A stretch of 64,000 bases of DNA. Origin: Octopus bimaculoides. Taxonomy: Eukaryota. This document shows positions 37,272 to 51,416 of this stretch, one piece after another (within the stretch, counting starts at the first letter, position 1; every line of letters begins with the position of its first letter). Below the pieces are notes generated by a model. It did no database searches. It saw nothing but the letters and a program-made list of their open reading frames with translations, and was not told where the DNA came from. The stretch covers positions 19,541,656 through 19,605,655 of the forward strand of contig NC_068987.1 of NCBI RefSeq assembly GCF_001194135.2. Reading direction: 5' to 3'. The position numbers and the translations under genes were made by a program.

Positions 37272-38916
37272 ACAACAAACATTACCAAAGAGGAAGAAGA
37301 AAAAAAAGGAAAGAAACATGGAATGGTCTGCCAGAGCAGATGCTGTAGTCACTACTGTCCAGTGACTGACAATATACTTCTGGTAGATCTTGAGAAAGTT
37401 TTTCTTGAAGGTATCAAATGATAACAAGTCAAAGCTGAAGGATTGAATGTTCAGGGATATTAAAAAGAAAAAAAAATCAATGAACTGAGTTAGGTAAAAA
37501 AAAAGTAAATATAAAGAGAAAAAGAAAATTTTTTTTTAATGGAGGTACAAAATAACACATTTTAGGGCAAGGGAACAGTTGATTAAAATTGATTACCTCT
37601 TCCAGTTACATATTTAATACCTACTGGGCTTACTACCCAATGTTGTCCGGTAAAGTATTCATGGAATCCTTCGCCAGTTTGTAGAATGAGAATTCATGGT
37701 ACTTATGCATGTATATATATTTAACCTAACTTCTGGACTTATTTAATTGGAACTACCCAATTGATCATTGCTTATTTTTGTAAGTAATGTTGTATTAAGA
37801 AAATTAAATCAAAACAACAAAGAGATTACAAATATCAAATGCATGAAATAGAATAAAATCTGAAATGATGAAATGATAAGTAATCACCGCAAAAAAAGAT
37901 GTTTCCCTATTTCAGTGTGTATGTAAAAAAAAAAATCGACTTTTTTCTTTTTAGAGAGTGATAAAGAGAGAGCGCAAAGACTGTATGTGTATATGTCNNN
38001 NNNNNNNTCATTTTCATTAATAAATAGAGGTCCAAATATCATGAAACCTCATACTGCATTGCATACAGTAAGTATGAAAATATATATGTAAAAAAAAAAA
38101 AAAGAGATAAAATATATTATTTCTGAGATATTTCAGGAACAAACAAACAACTTCTCGAGTTTTAGTATTATTAAGATTTTATCAACCTCTGCCTCTCAGG
38201 TCCATTCCGCTCTAATAAGGATGGACAAAAAGCAAAAGTAGTTTTGTAAGTGATTTGATTTCCAACCCTAACCCCAACTAAATATCAAAAGGTGTTTAAT
38301 TTGGTTAAGTAAGGGGGACAACTTGAAACGTTTCTTTTCTTATAAGGTTTTGTCAACAGAAGTGTAGTTCTCAGCCAGGATTAACACTCAGAAGGAGAAA
38401 AGAACCATGTTCAATTTACTCCCAGATATCAACCACCACTAAAATGTCAGCAACAGAATCAGCAAACCCTGTATAGATCTGAATCCCCACATGAGATGAC
38501 ACAACAAAATATTGAACTTAGAACACTCTGCAGCTGTGCCCAACAGAACCCTTGTCTGACAAAGCAATGTCAGAGTCCAACACAACATATATATATATAT
38601 ATATATATATTGTTCCTTCTCAAGTCATGCCNNNNNNNNNNCCGGTTTCATTGGTGTATAGGTTTCCCACCTGGATGGGACACTGGTCTGTTGCAGGTGA
38701 GCTGCTAGATGCAGGAGGAAAGAGAGAGAGAGAAACTTGTGGCGAAAGAGTCAGCAGAAGTTTACCACTACCTTCTGCCAGAGCCACGTGGAGCTTAAGT
38801 GTTTCACTCATAAACACCCACACCGCCCAGTCTGAGATTCAAATCCATGGTCCTTCGACCGCGACTCTGCTGCTCTAGCCACTAGGCCATGTACCTCCAC
38901 ACACAGATATACATAC

Positions 38917-38957
<41 letters not shown>

Positions 38958-39130
38958 NNNNNNNNNNGGATTGACAGGAGCTGGTAAGCCTGGGGACTGC
39001 CCCAGCTCCACTGTCTGCTTTGGCATTAATTTTACAGCTGGATGCCCCTCTTAATGCCAACCACTTCACATGGTGGACAGGGTGCTTTTTATGTGGCACC
39101 AGAACTGGTGAGGTTTGCTAAAAGTGAGAT

Positions 39131-39246
39131 ACTTACAACACTTGGTTTCTCAACTGGTCAACCATCTAAGCACTAACTAGGCTCAACGTTGCTTAACTTC
39201 AGTGGTCAGATGAGAATCAATGCGTTTAACATGATGTGGCCACATA
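39131..39246 (-). pseudogene. 5S rRNA-like copy (pseudogene or 5S-derived SINE head), near full length
   Basis: The minus strand reads GTGGCCACATCATGTTAAACGCATTGATTCTCATCTGACCACTGAAGTTAAGCAACGTTGAGCCTAGTTAGTGCTTAGATGGTTGACC...CCAAGTGTTGTAAGT. This is collinear with metazoan 5S rRNA, including box A (AAGTTAAGC) and box C-like GATGGTTGACC, with many transitions. Confidence 0.8.
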
Positions 39247-39280
39247 TTTATGTGGAAAGGTTTGCACCTGTGTGTGTGTG

Positions 39281-39337
<57 letters not shown>

Positions 39338-42300
39338 CTAGTATTTTATGATGTAAGGAAGGATGAACCTCATTTTTGACAGTGAATTTCTTACTTCAAC
39401 AAAAGCTAACAGGTTGCAAAGGCTTCATATCAAGGTAGGCAAACAAAACAAAATAGAACTTTTTATACTGCTAGACCTGGCTGAACTACAAGGGGAATAA
39501 TAAGTACAGCATCAATGACTTTTGGAAACATTTTCATTGAATATAAAATTTTGTGAGTGAGTGTGTGTCTGCATGTGTATGTCTGTATCCTTCTATGATT
39601 TAGGATGACATATAGCAGTACAGTCTAACAGTTTTACTAGTACTTCAGAATCTGAGAGATGGGGAAGGAAGTGGTGGTGAGAAAACTGAAAAACTCATTA
39701 ATTTGATAGAAAGAAAGCAATGCTAGGTAAACAAGAAATGTGAGTTGAAGAGGGAGGAAAATATAACCCAAATCTAATGGACTTAAATATTCTGAACTAT
39801 TTTACTCGGTGTTTCCTGTATAAGTTGCATTCAATGTTGACTTTTCTTCCTTCTTGGATAGAGAAATATACTTGCAATATTACTTGAGTTGAATCAAGTG
39901 TTTTTTTTTTTTTTTTTTTTTTAAATGAAACCAGATGCTGAAAAAGGGACCATGCACCTAAGAAGGAAAAAGTGTGCAGAGAGACTGCGATATGCCAAAA
40001 AGGCCTTAAACAAGAAAAAAAAAAAAATTTCACATTTGTCTTATCCTTGGTGCATTGTTAAACTATCCAAGACAGCCTTAGACAACGGAATGAGCAAGAT
40101 AGAGAAAATATCAAAGAAAGGTGGAATCAGTAGGGAGCACTGGTTTTATGTAGCTCAAATGTAAGGGATGGAATTGGACTACCTAAAATCTTTGTGCTTA
40201 TGGGTGTTAAACATCACAGAATATTCCAGAAGCAACAATTGAGCAGCTGAGAAAATATACTTGCGTTTCTGTGTGTGTGTGTGACTATATATGCAATTTG
40301 AAAAAGAAAACAAACAAAATATGAAATTTTACAGAATTCTGGAAAGTGACTTTCGGCTATGACGGCCCATTCCAAATGCTAGAAGTAGCAGCAGCAGTAT
40401 TATCATGAACAGCAGCAGCACAGACAGACAGACAGCAGCAGCATTCTAAGGCACAGTAAGCTAACTGCAGGAATGTTTACCAATAGAGGAGAAAAGAAGG
40501 GAAGCCGCAAATGAGAATAAAAATAAGGGGAAAGAGAAAGAGAGAGAGAGAGAAAAAGAGAGAGAAAAAAACAGAAATGAATAAAATGTTTAAAAACTCA
40601 ATTGGTAATTTAAATAAAAAAAACTTTTTTGCCAATTGACATTTTAGCTCCTCTCACCACTGTACTGAGAGAAATCACAATTAGTTTGGTGTAGCTGTTT
40701 AAATCAACATCAGTTCTCATCCAGTAAACCACAGATCACAGACATCCATGCATAATCACCGACCCCCACATTTTTTTTTTTACAGGTCCACTTTAAATTA
40801 CATCACCCAATGTATTTAAAAAAAAAAAAAATCAAGCTAAATTTGAGGAAGATTTGGTTGCTATTTCTAGCTTGTTGAGTGACTGTATTGAAGTTTGTTA
40901 TTGTTGTTCCACCTAAAGGCAGCTCTGATCAAGTATACCTTAATTAAAGCTATGACCATCTCATTCTGTGCCCCCACCCTATCCAATGATACACAATCTG
41001 TCTTACCTTAAAAAAAAGAAAAAGAAAAAAAAAGGTAGATCTGATTTGATACATCTGCTATTTCTAACAGTTAGTGTGACCATGTAGATGCTCTGTTTGG
41101 CTCAGAGTTACTATTGTTGCTTAGTTCCAGCACAACCCTGATCAAAGGTATTCCAGTCATGACCATCCTACCTTTTAAAGGTATGTAATAGACTACAATA
41201 TCTAATGAGTTCTTTCCTTTTTAAAAGGTGGCACATTGTGATTTGAGAGAGATTTGGTTGTTACTTCTAGTAAGTTGAAAGACCTCAGAGAGGCTCCCTC
41301 ACCGACTCATCGAGTTATTGTAGGTGTTGAGTTCAAACAACCATAAGGAGTACAGAAAATGGCTGATCAAAATCTAACAATAGCAACAAGATAGTAAATT
41401 ATCAAACTCCTGGAATGCACTCTCGGATTTGAACCTAGATACACAGGCCTCAGCTGGCTCCTAGCTACAGCTAAGACTCAGGACCTATTCTTATCTCTGT
41501 CTTAAACAGATGGATTGCAGAGCAAGAGCACACACAAGGATGGAAAGTGTTGCTGTATGCTAACCCTTTAACCAAAAAGTTGTAAGCTTATATCTTCTTT
41601 TTGACAACATGCTACATAGTCACAAAGCATTAAATTTTACCCACTCAGCCTAATTTTCATTAAAAATGCAAGTCAGATATAGACAGACAGATAAAGAGAA
41701 AGAGAGAGAGAGAAAGGGGTGAGGCTGTAGAGGGGACTAGTGACCTTAAAATAGAACAACTTAAGTAAGGAAGGACATGATGTCAGTTTGATGAATTAGT
41801 GTATAGACCGATTCCTCCTCTTACACAAAACAGGACACATGTTTAATTGAAGAATAGTTACTGTTCCCCAACATTTAGAATGGTCGGTAACAGGGGAGGG
41901 GAAACCCAAGCATAAACCTAACTGCTTCAACAAGTTACATTAAAATCTCTTACATTACAAATTGAGCAGGACCCATCCAAGCAGATGAGAGAGAATAAAA
42001 CAATTTTGATTCAACACAAAGCAGTTTATAGAATATATGCAGTTAAAGGGCTTGCTCAAGGGTAGAGTACATTGCCCAAGGAGGCAATTGTGGACTTTTA
42101 AGTCAGAAGTCCAGTACCTTACCTAACTTGGTTTTCATCTTCAACAGAAAAACATCATTAAAATTTTCCAAGAAATTTAGAATACAAAGCAAAAATGTAC
42201 CCATTCCATGGCATTTTTCCTTTTAGAGTTTATAATTTCCATATTTATGCTTTTCACTATTTCAAATGAAATAGTAACCATATTTTTCAAATAAGAGCAA

Positions 42301-42539
42301 AAAACAAAAATAATAACAAAAAAAGATGCCTGCCTTTTTTTTTATAGTTATGTGCATATGTATATACATATATGTATTATCATCATCATCATGGTTTAAC
42401 ACCTGTTTCCATGCTGGGATGGCTTGGATGGTTTGGCAGGAACCAGTCAACTGTATCATCATTACTATTCTGTTGTCACCTTTTCCATTCACTTCTGCAT
42501 CCTTACCCAACTCATGCATCATTGGTTACACTGTGTAAC

Positions 42540-42980
42540 TAAATTTTAATTTTTGTCTTTGGTCAGTGAGTGTTATTTCCTGTTTCCTTCTATCTAGAAA
42601 TCAAAAGAAATTACTACTATTCCGTTCAGACTTTGCTTTTGTGATCAGGACATCAATTCTTTGAAACTGACCTATTTCCCATTACATTTCAGACAGATTC
42701 AGTACAGAGTGGCTGAAGTAGAAATATCATCATAGCAAATATTCTGCTCAATACCACAGATTTGCTTGTCATTTGCTTGACCATAACCATTTATCCATGT
42801 CCCTTAGTGGTTGACAATATGTGCATTTCTGATCATGAGCAGGGATTCTTTGGAGTTTGAATAAATGTAACAAAAGCAAAGTTTGAAGGAAATGTTAACC
42901 ATTTTTCATACTTTCTAAAGGCAAGCAAATAAGAAAGAAAAGTTTCTACCCAAGGACAAAAATCGTGTTACACAACGTTA
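42540..42980. repeat. Interspersed repeat of about 450 bp, copy 1 (copy 2 at about 58815-59300)
   Basis: Collinear similarity, e.g. TTTGAAACTGACC..CATTACATTTCAGAC..TTCTGCTCAATACCA..GACAATATGTGCAT..TACCCAAGGACAAAAA. Copy 1 lacks a short internal block. Confidence 0.8.
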
Positions 42981-45494
42981 TCCCCCACACCTAATCCACC
43001 ATGTCCTACATCTGCCCTTTAACCCAATCCAATCTTCATCATTGTTGCCTACCTTACCTCCCCTCTCTTATTCTCCCATCTCTCACAATCCCCACATTCC
43101 TAGTTTTCTTGCCTCCACTCACTTTTACTTGTCTTGTACCATGAGGGACTACTTAGACACCTCATCACTACTATTCATCTCTCAGCAGTTCCTACTGATC
43201 ATTCCCAAACTTGTCTCAATCGGTGCAGCCATGTAGCTCCTCTACAACAAAAACCTGTCTTTCCTCTCTCCCTTCTCTCATACTTTTAACCCCATCATTG
43301 CCACCTAATATAAACCAATACCATTGATGTTCATAGTTTTGCCAGCTGCATGACAACTACACTTGTGTCAGTGGCACAAAAACAACACTCAGCATACACT
43401 GTAAAGTGACCAGCATTTGGGGNNNNNNNNNNNNNNNNNNNNNNNNNNNNNNNNNNNNNNNNNNNNNNNNNNNNNNNNNNNNNNNNNNNNNNNNNNNNNN
43501 GGGGGGGGGGGGTCATCTAGCTGCAGAAATCACACCAAGGCAGACACTGGAGTTCAAGGATTGCATCATGTAGCCCTTGGACCATTAAATCTTGTCACAC
43601 CATCCAACCTATGTCAACATGGAAAATGGACATCAAATGATGATGTTGATGATGATATAGGAATACTGTAGTTTGCTTGAAACACTGACAAACGTACAAA
43701 GAAAAAGAGCAGAAATTTAGAAAGATGTGATAATGCATTTTGGAATAGACTAAACATAATAAGAGGCAAGATTTAACTTTTATCTCGAAACATTTACATA
43801 ATCCTGATATTTTGAATGTCTGTATTACAGACATGCAACTTTAAGAAGCTAAGACATTCTTCTTGTCTTTCTTACTCTATGACTAGGGGCATATTTGCTC
43901 AAAATATTAAGATTATTAAATCAGCAAAAGTTTAATCATCTTTTAATCGTCACATTTCATCTATTCCCAAATGTATTACTGTGCTTTCTAAATCACTATG
44001 TGTGTATATATGTGTGTGTGTGTGCATGTATGTGTGGTGTGTTTATATATATATATATATATATATATTTCATGGTATTTTGGTGTTTGTTGCATTTATA
44101 ACAACTTTGAAAAATGTAACCAGTTGTACTCAGAGAGGTAGATACTTCCAGATGGAATAAATAATTAAACAGAATATGAAATTAAAAATAAAATAATAAT
44201 AATAATAATAATGATAATAATAATAATAATGGCTCCTTGCATGAAACATAACAGTGTATACTTAGGAATAAGGCCACAAACTTAAGATGTGGGTGTTAGT
44301 CAATTAAATCAACTCCAGATTTTGACTGGTATTTTATCAACACTAGAAGGATGAAAGACAAAGTTAACCCCAATGGGATTAGAACTCAGAATACAGTGGG
44401 TTCTAACAAAATACTGTAAGTCATTTTGTCCAATCTTCTAATGGTCCTGTCATGCTACTGTCCTGATAGCTAATAAAGATAATCTTTCAAATTTTGGCAA
44501 ATTCCCAGCAAACTTATGAGAAGTCAATTATATTGACTCCAATACTTGACTGGTATCTTTTTTCACTGACCTCAATAGGATGAAAGGCAAAGTCAACCTC
44601 TGCAAGGTTTAAACTCAGAACATAAAGAGCTGAAAGAAATGCCACAAATGGTTTTGCTAGCTTGATACCTTAATAATAGTAATAATAGTGGTGCTGCTTG
44701 ACTGGCTCCCATGCTGGTGGCACACAAAAAGCACCATTTGAATGTGGCCAATGCCAGTGCTGGTGGCATGCAAAAGCATCCACAACACACTCAGAGTGGT
44801 TGGCATTAGGAAGGGCATCCAGTTGTAGAAACCTTGCCAGATCAGATTGGAGCCTGGTGCAGCCTCCTGGCTTGCCAGTCCTCAGTCAAACTGTCCAACC
44901 TATGCCAACCACTCCGAGAGTGTAGTGGGTGCTTTTACATGCCACCGGCATGAAGGCCAGTCAGGTGGTACTGGCAACAGCCATGCTCAAAGTGGTGTTT
45001 TTTACATGCCACCTGCACAGGAGCCAGTCGAGCGGCACTGGCAACGACCTCGCTCGAATGTTTTCTCACGTGCTATCGGTACAAGTGCCAGTAAGGCGAC
45101 GCTGGTAACGATCACGCTCGAATGGTGCTATTTACGTGCCACTGGCACGGAAGCCAGACAGCTTCTCTGGCAATGATCACGCTCGGACGGTGCTTTTAGC
45201 GCTCCTGTCTCTAAATTGCAGAAAGACACTAAGATACTAAAGACATCAAAAACACTTAAATAATGAAGTCTTCTTTTGCTGGGGAAATCAACTCATCTGT
45301 CTGATCCATAAGTGAAATAATAAACATATCATTGACATTTTGTTATTATTATTATTTGTTGTTACTGATGTTATTTTTAACTATTTCATAACACTTTCTT
45401 TTTGAAAACAAGGAAACCTTAATTTATTTTAGTGTTATTTTTTTGTTTATCACTATTTCAACAATAACAAAAGACAAATTAAAAAATATATATT

Positions 45495-45525
<31 letters not shown>

Positions 45526-46294
45526 AGATAAAATTTATGAAACAAGATACTTGACATGCAGACAATTCTGATTAAGCTAAGACATGGCAAATTACTGAAA
45601 AAAAAAAAATTAAATTTGATACAGAAAGAAATAAAATAAAATAAAAACAACTAAACAAAAAGGCTGAAAATAAATAAATAAATAAATAAATAGATAGATA
45701 AACCACTGGCATTTCTGAAGAGATAGAAGTTATGAAGTAGCAATGCATACTGAAACACTAAATAATAAAATAAAAATAAAGAAAATTAATTAATAAAAAN
45801 NNNNNNNNNNNNNNNNNNNNNNNNNNNNNNNNNNNNNNNNNNNNNNNNNNNNNNNNNNNNNNNNNNNNNNNNNNNNNNNNNNNNNNNNNNNNNNNNNNNN
45901 NNNNNNNNNNNNNNNNNNNNNNNNNNNNNNNNNNNNNNNNNNNNNNNNNNNNNNNNNNNNNNNNNNNNNNNNNNNNNNNNNNNNNNNNNNNNNNNNNNNN
46001 NNNNNNNNNNNNNNNNNNNNNNNNNNNNNNNNNNNNNNNNNNNNNNNNNNNNNNNNNNNNNNNNNNNNNNNNNNNNNNNNNNNNNNNNNNNNNNNNNNNN
46101 NNNNNNNNNNNNNNNNNNNNNNNNNNAATATCGAACAGAGGCCATGGTTTGAGGTTAAGAGTAGAGAAGTAACAATAGTTATAATATAGAGAGAAATGTA
46201 TATATACCCCACACAAACTGGATGGCATCAACAGTCTATGTGTGACTGGAAGTGGGTAAAGAGACAGATTAACTTAACTGAAAGGCAAGATTCC

Positions 46295-46332
<38 letters not shown>

Positions 46333-48752
46333 CATGTATACATACACACATATTCATTTATTTTTGCTTGTTTTTCCATGCTAGCAGGAGTTAGATGAGT
46401 ACATATTAACCAGTTAGCATATAAACAGGTTGTATCAGGCCCAAAAATTCTACCTGTTTTATGTCCAAACTAGCAAGATCTGACTTCTCACACCTACCCT
46501 ACAATTTCATTCTAAAAAAACAATCACATCAACATCTGAAAGCTAATAGATAATGCCTGATTAATTCGAAACGTGAATAAAAAGCATTACATTTGATCGA
46601 GCAATTTGAATGCTAAATGGTAAAGGCATAGTTTTATGGCCAAATATCTTTCCTGTCACTAGCTCTTCCTTTTTTTGAAGAGATCCCTTATTCCACATAT
46701 TTTTGAAAGTGCATAGGCACAGCAATCTGCTGACAGAGAAATAATAAACACCACCAACTGTACCTCAGTGACTTTTCATGCAAATCACAATGTAAACAGT
46801 AGTCTCTCCCTCTCCTCTGAGCTAAATCTTAAACCTGCCATACCTCATCTTTAACACCTTTTATATCTGCTATTATTGTCAATGCCTTTTCATATCTGTC
46901 ATTGATACCCCTTGCCCCATTGTTGCCCTACTCACTATAGCCACCACTTTGTACCGCTGACCTCCATCTCTGTCACTGTACATCTCCACTCCCCAGTCAC
47001 ATCATTTCCCTACTTTTATCAGTCCCACATTATACTCCCTTCCCTACTGATGCTTACCATCAACTACATCTCCACCACTGTTCTTCATTCACTGTATTCA
47101 CCTCTACCCCCATCTTGAACCATCTGTTACTCTGCTCTTACACTCTAATGAAATTACTCATTTTCTCCCCCCATCTATTATCTGTATTCTCTCATACTCA
47201 CCTCCTTATACTTTGGGAGTTCGCTTTAGTACCTTACCTTACCACCACCATCTTTATCTTCTTTCCAGCTACTCTCATCCACTCTTATAATGCAGAGTAG
47301 TCATGTATCACCTCAAGAAGACACCTACCCTTGTCCCTCTATCACACTTTAGCCTCTCAACACCCTTACATAAAGCCATTTCCCCCCTCTCTCGAACTGA
47401 GTCTCCACTCAGTGAAGGGGACTTTCTCGTTTTTTTCTTATAAGTTACTCGACAATCTCATTATTGCTGGTGTCAGGAAAAAAGCTTCCAGTGCACATTG
47501 TAAAGTGGTAGGTGTTATATACATAAACATATTTTATGTATGTTCTCCATGTAGACAGATTGGATAAGTCATTACGATCTGAGTCTGTTCTTATTCTGAG
47601 TTACAGTCTACCAAAATAGCCTGGAGGATCACATCTTGCTTGTACATTGTTTTGAGCCTGGTTCTTATCGCTGGATATCCTTCCTATTATCAATCACTTT
47701 AGAAAGTATACACACACACACTTATTTTTACATTTGTTTTTCCATGCTAGCATGGGTTAGGAGAATATATTATTGAGGTATTGTTTTACTGCTGAATGGA
47801 CTTCCTGTTGCTAACCCATACCAGCTTTTCAAGTAAGGGATCTCTTGTTTCGCACATCTTCAAAAGTATGAAGTGAACAAGTGATTCGTTAACAGAAGAA
47901 AAACATGAACACTGCTTGTAGCTAGTATCTTTGGTAGAGAGCAAATGTATACAGACACACACTCTTATAAATGTATATAAATACACTCATAGACATATAC
48001 ATATATACACATGTGTCTATATATTTTTACACACATATACATGTATGTATATATATAAATAAATATAAATATATATATATATATATATATATGGGGGATC
48101 TGAATTGTTGCAGTAAGTAACTAAGTAGAGAAGATAATAGCTTACATACAAATCCATATAATAAGAGTTTGAACAAGTAGCACAGCAGTTAGAAGTCGTG
48201 CTAAAATACATACTTTAACAAATAAATTTTCACCACCAGCAGCACTTCCATTGCGGTGTTCGCTACCAATTTTCTGCTGTAATCATAAAAAGGCTTTCAC
48301 TTTTTTGGGGGGGAACACTTGAATTTCAAAAAAAAACGTTATGGATCAAATGAATTATTACAGAAATCACCAGTGGATTTAGATTAGTACTAGTAGTAGT
48401 AGTAATAATAATAATAATAATGATAATAATAATAGTAATAATGATTCTAATTTTGGCATGAGGCTAGTAATTTTGAAGGGAGCGGGCAAGTCGAGTACAT
48501 CGACTCCAGTGCTTGACTGGTACTTTATTTTATCGACCCTAGAAGGATGAAAGGCAAAGTTGACCTTGGTGGGATTTGAGTGCAAAACCTAAAGAGTAGA
48601 GAAATGCTGTTAAGCATTTTGTCTGACATGCCAATGATTCTGCTAGCTCACCTCTCTGATAAGATAAGTAATGATAATAATAATAATTATTATTATTAGC
48701 AATCATCAGTTCTGAGACTGTAGGAGATATAAAAAAAAAAAAAATGAAATTT

Positions 48753-48788
<36 letters not shown>

Positions 48789-48885
48789 GATTAGAACCAT
48801 AAAGAATAAAACAAAAATTCAAAACAACAATACTACAAATAAAAGACAATAAAAAAACTCAATAACAAAGACAAGCATTACTTAC

Positions 48886-48950
48886 ATCAAGGCTGTGTTC
48901 ATTGACCATTAGTAGAGGGGTGCCCTGAGTAAGAAGCTTACAGGAATAGC
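48886..48950 (-). CDS. ATP8A1: ATP8A exon: (G)YSCKLLTQGTPLLMVNEHSLD
   Basis: 65 nt, ttcag acceptor and GTAAGT donor. Similar to GHSCKLLKKNMGMIVINEGSLD. Confidence 0.93.
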
Positions 48951-49431
48951 CTGAAAGAGAAGTTTGGGAAATATGAGGCTGCTATGTAGCATATACCACA
49001 GTGGTTATAGGTTATAGGCAATATAGACCCGAGTGGTTTATAAGCTACATTTGTTTTACCTTTAATGTGTTAGCAGACAATACTGTTGCTTATCCCAGTT
49101 CACAAGCTAGTTGAGAGACAGGCTTCTCTGCTCTTGATAAGATGCAAGCAAATCTATCAGAGACTGGTTACTGCAGGATTTACAACTGACATTGTGAATA
49201 AATTTAACTTGAATTACACCAGAGAACAGTTGTAATCACCTCCCTCGACACAACATATTTATTCTAGAGGTGAATGGAAGGCCCAAAATCAAGTTCTGTT
49301 CCTTGTTCATTGACTCAGAAAAGCGACAATGAGGAGAAATATTAAACAAACATTGAAAATTATTGAAAAGGGAAATGATAAGAACTGAAAGTAATATGAT
49401 CTGTAAAGTGTTGAGGAGAAAGTTGAGCATT

Positions 49432-49560
49432 GAACTGGATGAAAAATCTAGATAGAGAGGAGGGAAAAATCTGGACAGGACTGGAGGAAAAGATCTAGAG
49501 TGGACTGGAAGAAAATATCTGAATGGAAGTGGATGAAAAAATCTGGACAGGACTGGCGGG
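49432..49560. repeat. Minisatellite, 23-24-bp unit, about 5.5 copies
   Basis: Consensus approximately GGACTGGAGGAAAAATCTGGACA. Confidence 0.75.
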
Positions 49561-49919
49561 TGGAAATTAGGACTGGAATGGAAGAAAAAGGATTGAATTG
49601 GAGGAAAAGATTGGAAAAAATTGAAAAGAAGTGTGAAGAACTAAAACACTAGAAGGCCTAAGAAAATAAAAGAATGAACTTAAAATGAAAATAACCAATT
49701 AATCTAACTCCATCAAACCCTCCAAGAAGTACAAAAAACAATTGCAAATGAACTGAGAATGATGGAATAGATTAGGGTGTATTATGTGTGTATTATTATT
49801 GATAGCCATGATACACATGCCTCCCTCCTCCTGCCCCAATCATAAATATGTGTAAATGCGTATGTATATATTTCTACCTGTTTGAATACATTACATAAAC
49901 CAAGAGATAAATAACATAC

Positions 49920-50010
49920 CAATATTAACTGCTGTTTCTTGTTTGTCTCCAGTGAGGACCCAAATTTTTATATCTGCTCTCATTAGATTGGCAATGCTCT
50001 CTGGTACACC
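49920..50010 (-). CDS. ATP8A1: ATP8A exon: [30 protein letters not shown](G)
   Basis: 91 nt, ttttcag acceptor and GTATGT donor. P-domain TGDK motif. Confidence 0.96.
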
Positions 50011-50156
50011 CTGAAAAAAAAATATATGGATGAATGGATATAAAAAAATAACCAAACAAAATAAAAAACAACACATTAAGACAAGTTCCAGTAGAATAAA
50101 TGGCTACATCAACTGTGGAGGTGGTACAAACCATGAATCAAAACATTTAAATTTAA

Positions 50157-50376
50157 CCCTTTAGCACTGAATCTAGCCATATCCTGTCCAAATACTCTAC
50201 CTATTTTATGCTCAAACTGGTCAGATCTAATCTCTTACACCTATCCTACAATGTCATTCTAAAAATGAGCAATCACATCATCAAAATCTTGAAGCTGCAA
50301 GACAATCCATGGTCAATTCAAAACAATGTGAATAAATAAGCATTACATTTGGGAAAATAATCTGAATGCTAAAAGG
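50157..50376. mobile_element. piggyBac-type MITE family A
   Basis: TTAA on both sides, termini CCCTTTAGCA and TGCTAAAAGG. Related copies at 36184-36406, about 46440-46620 and about 54845-55075. Confidence 0.75.
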
Positions 50377-50667
50377 TTAATGTAGTAAATGATGGAACCC
50401 TTTGATATTTGCCTCACAGTCAAGCCATTTACATACATTAGAGTTGCAACCTGTTATAAGGGGCTGGAAATCCTGTAATGTATAGAACCAGATTCAGAAA
50501 TCTATGTCTACTGTAATTTCATTTTTCATTGAGTTGATTCATTCTACATATAATTTGTAACTCACCCAACATAGCCATGGTTGAATACAATTGGGTCACA
50601 TAATATCAAAGCAAAAAAAAAATACTTTACAAATTTTATTTTCATTTTGTTGAGTTATTTCTAATAA

Positions 50668-50703
<36 letters not shown>

Positions 50704-51416
50704 GCCTTTTTAATTTTGGTAGGTTCTGAGACATCGGAACAGACTGACATTCAAACAGGATGTCAAACAATCAAGCAAACAAACAAGACAAAAACTGTAG
50801 CACACAACTTTTTAGCAGTTGGTAATGTTGGACAGCAGGATTGATTGTAGACGTAAGCAGTGCACTTCCATGTATGGCTGTATACAATAGCTGTTGATAG
50901 ACAGCCAAGCAGTAAACACTTTCTGTACTATTAATGATGGTTACAAACCAGGAATGGATAACTTCCGTTTTGAGAAGCTGGCTGTATGGGACGACACATC
51001 ATTATCAGGAAGGCTGTACCATTAAGAAAATTATGCATATGTAATTTTCCTAGTGAAAATAGGTATACCATTCAGAAAGTCCTGAAGGCTGCAGTTTTCC
51101 CATGAGTGTCCTAGACCGACATCTCAAGTATTTTTATTCCAAATGGATAATTTTAAGCTAGTAGATGAAGTAAACACTATATTAGACTCCACAAGACCAG
51201 GGGTAAATAGTACCTTACTTGAAAACATGTGAGGGTTGGCAACAGGAGGGCATATACTGCTGTACATAAACAGCTTCGATAATTTTTGTCTGATCCACGC
51301 CATCATGGAAAAGTGGATGTTGAAACGATGATGATGATGGTGACAGAATTGAGGCTCAACTCAATAACAATCAATATCCATGTGCATCTATAGTAAAATT
51401 ACTTTTTCATTATTAA

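Noticed and set aside
37328-37386. AGTCACT/AGTGACT hairpin
   Set aside because: Only 7 perfect pairs with irregular extension, which is expected by chance.
44698-45176. ORFs of 75 and 109 aa with WLALGRASSCRNL-like text, and tandem units that superficially resemble a CRISPR array
   Set aside because: These are translations of family-3 SINE sequence that recur elsewhere (8225-8443). The units are degenerate internal repeats without unique spacers or cas genes, in a eukaryotic genome.
46800-47440. C/T-rich strand-asymmetric tract with 61-78 aa ORFs (similar tract at 43000-43330)
   Set aside because: Low-complexity composition with no recognisable domain or splice structure.
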